64,000 nt of DNA from Candidatus Poribacteria bacterium. GTDB lineage: Bacteria > Poribacteria > WGA-4E > PCPOR2b. The translations under genes were made by a program, and so were the position numbers. This document shows positions 58,447 to 64,000 of this stretch, piece after piece. The stretch covers positions 2,432,001 to 2,496,000 of the forward strand of contig OZ240245.1 in NCBI GenBank assembly GCA_965198175.1. The letters run 5' to 3'. The notes beneath the pieces were generated by a model, which searched no databases, was not told where the DNA came from, and worked only from the letters and a program-made list of their open reading frames with translations. Within the stretch, counting starts at the first letter, position 1; each line of letters opens with the position of its first letter.

Positions 58447-61130
58447 GAAGTAGTTTCAATAATGTCTGGATGGCCCAACGTCTCTGCGAGTGTACGCTTA
58501 ACTGCTGCGATCCGATCGGGCGATGTGGTTTTTGTCCCATCTTCTTCCGTTACGTAGAACGAATCAATTGCTGTATACGCTCTGGTCGTAACCTTTGCCA
58601 AGCGAATACCCAGACCGAGCTCATAAAATACATTTGAGATGGTGTAGAGCAAACCCACCCGATCCGGCACGCGGATATCGACAATGATGGCATAGTCCGA
58701 ACTCGCACTGTCGATCCGAATTTCTGAAGGGCTACTACGACGCTGCAGATGGGCTGGATAGCCCGACTCACCCCGTTCTTGAAGGAGTTGTTCTACCGCT
58801 TTCTCTCCCCTCCAGACAGCGCCCAAAGTCTCCGCGACTTGGCGGCACTGATTTAGGGAAATGCCCTGCAAAGAGATGTCTCTCATGGCGCTGTCAGAAC
58901 GTCCCGCTGCTACATTGAGCATGTCGATAACAATCCCATCTTTTCGCGTATTAACGGCAGCGCTCAAGATGTTAATATCTTCAGCTGCGAGAACACCCGT
59001 AATTCGCCGAAAAATTCCTTGCGCGTCGTGCGTGCAGATTCCAATTTTCGTATAGGTTTCCTTTTCTTCAAAACAGGAGACGGGGACTGGATCTTCCCTC
59101 AATCTTTCAACCAACTCGATCTGTTTGCCAATCAGTTCTGGCGTCTGCGAAATTAACTCTTGCTCGGGCATCATCTTAAAGTGTTGTGCGATTGCAGTCT
59201 CACTGACGGTTTCACCGATTAACCGAATGACCTGCTCCCTTAGCTCACCTAACTCCAATGAATCCGGCTTGCCCTGCAGGAGGTTCAGCGTCCGTGAGTA
59301 GAGCTTCGAAAGCAGAATCGAATTCCATTCGTTCCAGATTGACGGGTTCACCGCTCGCATGTCTGCAAACGTCAGGAGATAAAGCATCTTCAAATGTTCC
59401 TCATCTTTCACCAATCCGGCAAAGCGTTCAATCTCTCTCGGATCATCGACATCGCGTTGTTGTGCTGTGTAGCTCATGTCCCGATGTCTTAGTATCAGAA
59501 ACAATACCATTTCCCGGTCGAAGTCATTGAGCCTTAACCGGTTCAGCGCATCCTTTGCCATCTCAACGCTGCGGACATCATGCCCCCCAATTGGACCGTC
59601 AACCCCTTTACCGACATCATGCAATAAGAGCGCTAGCCGCAGCAATTCTGGCTTTTTCAACCCGCTCATGATATCCAGAAAAACCTGACCATCTTTTAAC
59701 TTTCTCAGCGTTCCTTCTTCTAGATTTTCAATTGCATACATTGTGTGCTCATCAACGGTGTACTGATGGTACCGATCAAATCGAATCAGCGACCGAACCT
59801 TTCCAAACTCAGGCATATAGCGATCCAGCACTTGCCAGCGATGCATCCGGCGCAAAACCTCCGCAACGGCTGTCGGGTAACTTAGAATAGAAAGGAAACA
59901 TTTAGCGTTTTCTAGAAGACGCCGAAACTCGTCATCGATGAGATCCAAGTTGGTAGTAATCTGATGGCGAATACCGGCACTAATTCGGCGATTGAGCTGC
60001 TGACGATGTACAAACACCTTCATCATTCGACTGGGGTCGTTCGTAAAATCTGAATGACCGGGCTGGAAGCTAATTTCATTCCGTACAATGGCAAACCCGT
60101 CAGATAACCGCTTGGTCAGCATCCGATTCATCAGCCGGTGTAGCTTGGATTCGTTATGTTTCACCCGATCGATAATCAGCTTGGCAAATTCAAAGAGGTG
60201 TTCCGCGTGAAGGTAGTAATCGCGCATTAGGTCTTCTTCAGCCAGAGCGTGATCTTTATCGCTGTAACCCAAGTTTTTTGCGACAGTTTCTTGGACCTCA
60301 AAAGTCAATCGATCGTGCCTTTTCTGATTGACGTAGTGGAGTTCACTGCGCAGGCGCCAGAGAAAATCGAGCGAAGCTTCACATGCTTCCGATACCGCTT
60401 GGGGTATCATCCCTCGATTGGCGAGTCCCCGCAAATCTTTGATCCCATATCGAACAGCCGCAATCCAGATGGCTGTATGAAAATCCCTAAGCCCGCCGAC
60501 ACTTTCCTTAATATTCGGTTCTTGCAGATAAATCGTAGCGCCGTAAGATTCATGACGTTCGCCCCATTCTTGAGTTTTCTGCGCAATAAATTTCCCAACC
60601 CGCCTTTTAAAAAAATGCTTTGATGTTTGCACTTGGAATTGACGATAAATCGGTCTTGCCCCAACGATATAGCGTGCGTCCAGCATTGATGTTTTTGAGA
60701 AAATGTCGTCGTAAGTTGCGCGGATGCACTCCTTAATAGACCGGCAGCTATGCCCAACTTCAAAGCCGGCATCCCAAAGCATCGTAATCAATTGAGAGGC
60801 AAACGGCTGTATTTGCTTAACGTTCACCCGTGAGGCATCATAAACCAACAGGATGTCAATATCCGAATAGGGATTTAACTCCTCTCGTCCATACCCACCC
60901 AATGCAAGTATTGCAAGGTAAGACGCTTCAGGTAAGATCTTCTCTTGAGTTGCCGCGTGATAGATACGTTGAATAACGTTGTCTGTGAGCCTTGTGTACT
61001 CCTCGACAATCTCTTTTCCGCCGATCCCAAATTGGTGGCGTGAGTAGATGCGCTCGCGTTCTTTGGCACAAAAATCCTTCAAATCTTCAACAAGCGCACG
61101 ATTTTGTAATGGGTCCTGTTGCGTTTGCAT
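58443..61130 (-). CDS. glnD: [Protein-PII] uridylyltransferase/uridylyl-removing enzyme
   Basis: ALGGYGR..PYSDIDI, EPNIKESVGGLRD, YHQYTVDEH, LLHDVGKG, two ACT domains (DRVGLL). Confidence 0.95.
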   Translation of the reverse strand: MQTQQDPLQNRALVEDLKDFCAKERERIYSRHQFGIGGKEIVEEYTRLTDNVIQRIYHAATQEKILPEASYLAILALGGYGREELNPYSDIDILLVYDASRVNVKQIQPFASQLITMLWDAGFEVGHSCRSIKECIRATYDDIFSKTSMLDARYIVGARPIYRQFQVQTSKHFFKRRVGKFIAQKTQEWGERHESYGATIYLQEPNIKESVGGLRDFHTAIWIAAVRYGIKDLRGLANRGMIPQAVSEACEASLDFLWRLRSELHYVNQKRHDRLTFEVQETVAKNLGYSDKDHALAEEDLMRDYYLHAEHLFEFAKLIIDRVKHNESKLHRLMNRMLTKRLSDGFAIVRNEISFQPGHSDFTNDPSRMMKVFVHRQQLNRRISAGIRHQITTNLDLIDDEFRRLLENAKCFLSILSYPTAVAEVLRRMHRWQVLDRYMPEFGKVRSLIRFDRYHQYTVDEHTMYAIENLEEGTLRKLKDGQVFLDIMSGLKKPELLRLALLLHDVGKGVDGPIGGHDVRSVEMAKDALNRLRLNDFDREMVLFLILRHRDMSYTAQQRDVDDPREIERFAGLVKDEEHLKMLYLLTFADMRAVNPSIWNEWNSILLSKLYSRTLNLLQGKPDSLELGELREQVIRLIGETVSETAIAQHFKMMPEQELISQTPELIGKQIELVERLREDPVPVSCFEEKETYTKIGICTHDAQGIFRRITGVLAAEDINILSAAVNTRKDGIVIDMLNVAAGRSDSAMRDISLQGISLNQCRQVAETLGAVWRGEKAVEQLLQERGESGYPAHLQRRSSPSEIRIDSASSDYAIIVDIRVPDRVGLLYTISNVFYELGLGIRLAKVTTRAYTAIDSFYVTEEDGTKTTSPDRIAAVKRTLAETLGHPDIIETTS

Positions 61131-61310
61131 TCATTTTCTCCACGTTGAAAATATCCGTAGGCGGGGCTTCCTAGCTCCGATGTCCCGATAATCGAGACAC
61201 GGATTCCCTACCTACAATGGAACAATATAACCGTTCGAAAACTTATTCGACGCTGTAATTGTATTGCTCAGGCACTTGACCGCGAAAAACCCCGGAATGG
61301 GTCGGATAAG

Positions 61311-62666
61311 CTACAAACCACTTAAAAAAAGGATACAGATGAGCACAGGTAATAAAACAAACAGAATCTTTACTTCGACTAGATAGCCTTGATAGCGCAT
61401 TGCGCGTGAATCTTTTGCCTTCAACTGATTTATCAGTTCGATTCGCCGATGAATCGAAGGGTGTGTGTGGAAAATCTCAAAGACACGTTGAATCGAATGA
61501 GGAAGAAAATTTAGGTACGCGAGGCGGTTGAGTGCAGATTTGAATGCCTCCGGATTGCCGGTAAGCTCGACCGCATAAAGATCTGCTTGGTGTTCAAAAC
61601 GTCTCGAAAGGTAACCAAACACGAGGACAAAGTAGAGGAAAAGGAAGAAGATTGTCTCAATTGATGACAGCACAGCAGACTCAGGCAAGAGCGTCAACAT
61701 CGGCTCTCCAACGTAGATAGAAAAGATAGCATAACCGAGAAAAAAAGTCATCGAAAAGATGAAATAGGTTGGGATATGATTGTAACGCACATGCCCGAAT
61801 TCATGGGCGACAACGGATTCAATCTCTTCATCGGAAAAATGGGTCAGCAACGCGTCGGTCAAGAAAATCTGACGAGACCAGCGAACGATCCCAGCGACAG
61901 CAGCATTAGCAATTGCCAACGACCCTGTTTGCCAAACAACAATCTTTTTGTATTCGATTTTATCTTGCGCCGCAAGACGATTGATTTTTTCTTGCAGATT
62001 CATGTCAGCCAGCGGGAGCATTCTACCGATGCAACTCAGGAATAACGGCGCGTAGATGTACACAAGGAGAATTAGAAGCCCCATAAGAGGAATAAACAGG
62101 TATGTACGTTCGACAAAGAGCCGCTTCGTTTCCGGAAAGTGTTCAATCAAATCAAGCAGGACAAAGTAGGCAAATAAGGGAAGGAGCGGGAATATCAAAA
62201 ATTTCAGGTGAAAGCTCAGAAACTCACGTCTTTTTGCGCCTCGACGATGTGCACTTCGGTCAATCTCATGAAGGGCTAGACGAATAAGCATCAGTCCAAC
62301 GATGAGGGGAAAAATCGAGAAAGCATGACGAATGTAGGGCAGGTTGAGGAAGTGCAAAGTTTCATGGATGAGAACGGGTAAATTTAAGATATATACATCA
62401 TAAACATAACCAACGAGGACCAGAATCTCAAACCCAATCGCCGCTTGTTTAATACGATATCGTTGATGTACCGAACCCGCTGAGTCCAAAGCCAAGGTTC
62501 TTGTGGCATACGTTCCGAGTAAATAAACAAGAACCGAAGGTAAAACGGTTGCCACTACAGTAAACAGGATAATAAGGCTGTGATTAGTCTCTCTGCCATC
62601 TGTTGGAAGTTCAAAGGAGAACAGGAAAATAAATCCAGCGATTAAAATAAGGCTAATCTGCCTCAC
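61311..62666 (-). CDS. M48-family membrane metalloprotease (Ste24/HtpX-like)
   Basis: Multiple TM helices, ANAAVAG, HEFGH, EHQAD, THPS..RI. Confidence 0.88.
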   Translation of the reverse strand: MRQISLILIAGFIFLFSFELPTDGRETNHSLIILFTVVATVLPSVLVYLLGTYATRTLALDSAGSVHQRYRIKQAAIGFEILVLVGYVYDVYILNLPVLIHETLHFLNLPYIRHAFSIFPLIVGLMLIRLALHEIDRSAHRRGAKRREFLSFHLKFLIFPLLPLFAYFVLLDLIEHFPETKRLFVERTYLFIPLMGLLILLVYIYAPLFLSCIGRMLPLADMNLQEKINRLAAQDKIEYKKIVVWQTGSLAIANAAVAGIVRWSRQIFLTDALLTHFSDEEIESVVAHEFGHVRYNHIPTYFIFSMTFFLGYAIFSIYVGEPMLTLLPESAVLSSIETIFFLFLYFVLVFGYLSRRFEHQADLYAVELTGNPEAFKSALNRLAYLNFLPHSIQRVFEIFHTHPSIHRRIELINQLKAKDSRAMRYQGYLVEVKILFVLLPVLICILFLSGL

Positions 62667-62780
62667 TGTGTATCCCTTCCAGCTTGCAATTCGACATTTT
62701 CTTTTTGTCTGAGCAAAGTCATCTCAACGTCGCTGGGATAATTTACGGGTGGGGAGATTTGAGTTGCGGAACGGCTGGAA

Positions 62781-63092
62781 TCACATACCCATCTGTATCT
62801 GTTTGGATTTTGCCATTGCCTCCTCCGCTTCAGGAATCATGCCTTTGCGCTGATAACAGACTGACAGGCTCGTGTAGTTCAAAGGATCGTTCGGATTAAC
62901 TTCGATCGATTTCTTAATCGCTTCAATCGCTTCATCGTACTTGCCCATCCGTTCGTAAGTGTGTCCGAGTCCAACGTACCCATCGGCATATTCCGGGTAC
63001 CGATCGATGAGTTCTTTGAAGGCGGCAACAGCCGCGTCGAGTTCGTTATTTCCAAAATAGGACAACGCTCGATCGTAAAGTTCTTCTTTCAA
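62781..63092 (-). CDS. TPR-repeat protein
   Basis: GGAGGGG RBS; TPR pattern (GYVGLGHTY..GKYDEA..NPNDP). Confidence 0.85.
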   Translation of the reverse strand: MKEELYDRALSYFGNNELDAAVAAFKELIDRYPEYADGYVGLGHTYERMGKYDEAIEAIKKSIEVNPNDPLNYTSLSVCYQRKGMIPEAEEAMAKSKQIQMGM

Positions 63093-63173
63093 AAGTATTC
63101 CCCTCCTCTTTGTTTTTTCACGGTGTTTATGGGGTCCGCCAACTCCCTTTTACGAGTTTCCTTCATGGAAGCT

Positions 63174-63253
63174 ATTCTAACAGAAGGCGGGCTGAAAGTC
63201 AACGCTAAAACCTGCCGATTTCGTTTGACTGTCAATCGCGTGGTTGGTATAAT
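63174..63253. promoter_or_regulatory. Back-to-back sigma70 promoters
   Basis: Minus strand TTGACT-17-TAGAAT (63202-63174); plus strand TTGACT-17-TATAAT (63225-63253). Confidence 0.6.
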
Positions 63254-63282
63254 TAAGTCGGTCCAAATAGTACAATTTCAAT

Positions 63283-63834
63283 ATGACTAAGATAAAATTC
63301 GGGATAGTGCGAGATTCGATAGCATTTGGCGCTGCCCTTCTAATTCTAATAACTTGCTGCGGTTGTGAAGAGTCGAATCCAATTGCAATGATTGAGACCG
63401 ACAAAGGAAGAATTGCCGTCGAACTCTACCCTGAAGCAGCACCCAAAACGGTCGAGAACTTTATAACCCTCATTCAGCAGGGGTTCCACGATGGACTCAT
63501 ATTTCATCGATATGGACCCGGATTTGTGATTCAAGGAGGCGATCCGAAGGGAGATGGGACGGGTGGACCGCCGTGGAAAATCCCCGGGGAGTTTCAAGAT
63601 CCTGAACTTCGCGAGAAAATGCCTAAACATGAAAAAGGTGTCGTTGCAATGGCACGTTCCACCGATTCCAATTCCGCGGGAAGTCAGTTCTACATCTGTC
63701 TGAATCCAGAGCCCAATCGCTATCGACATCTTGAAGGGAAATACACCACATTTGGACGTGTAATCGAAGGCTTAGATGTAGTTGATCAGCTGCGCAAGGG
63801 GGACAAGATTAATCGGGTTACACTGAAGCATTAG
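63283..63834 (+). CDS. Cyclophilin-type peptidyl-prolyl isomerase, probably exported
   Basis: APKTVENF, FHR, FVIQGGDP.GDGTGGP, AMARS, SAGSQFYI, YTTFGRV. Confidence 0.93.
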   Translation: MTKIKFGIVRDSIAFGAALLILITCCGCEESNPIAMIETDKGRIAVELYPEAAPKTVENFITLIQQGFHDGLIFHRYGPGFVIQGGDPKGDGTGGPPWKIPGEFQDPELREKMPKHEKGVVAMARSTDSNSAGSQFYICLNPEPNRYRHLEGKYTTFGRVIEGLDVVDQLRKGDKINRVTLKH

Positions 63835-64000
63835 AGAGAGCAAATCAAACCGAATAAGATGATTTTCTTCTTTCTTGATTTCCGACTACTCTGTATCGAA
63901 GTCATTGCTTCAGCTGGGGCGCTTCTCTCCAACGACTACATGAATCCAGCCTCTAATATCATCCTCCAAATGTGTTATCATTTTAAATTTTATGATGTGT

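Overview
Bacterial chromosomal window of about 50 CDSs, with no rRNA, tRNA, CRISPR array or transposase recognised. It probably comes from a Candidatus Poribacteria-like diderm organism. This is inferred from the WD40/PD40 exoproteins carrying a 'V.P..+..TT(W/L)G.(I/V)K' motif and, in the WD40 pair, an FlgD/T9SS-like tail. The flanks hold housekeeping and accessory genes: egtD with a betaine-type ABC importer, archease, ubiE/menG, moeA, fumC, hsp20-lon, trxA, waaA, a methyltransferase-Mrr fusion, rtcA and glnD. The most unusual part is the plus-strand region at about 5.6-29.3 kb. A roughly 250-bp non-coding cassette (three ACA-WW-TGT palindromic boxes, two CCCTTG..AGGG-like boxes and a sigma54 -24/-12 promoter) occurs four times there, one copy with an internal deletion, around a PAS-kinase/NtrC-type activator pair. 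It precedes (i) two tandem modules, each a 117-aa secreted Cys/Ser/Gly-rich protein plus a WD40 propeller with variable repeat number, and (ii) a phosphoesterase-like/thioredoxin/CcdA fusion with duplicated TolB-like proteins. A DUF4159 protein has its own sigma54 promoter, and an Omp85-family fusion protein lies just upstream of the region. All functional calls are from motif recognition by eye, and no searches were run.
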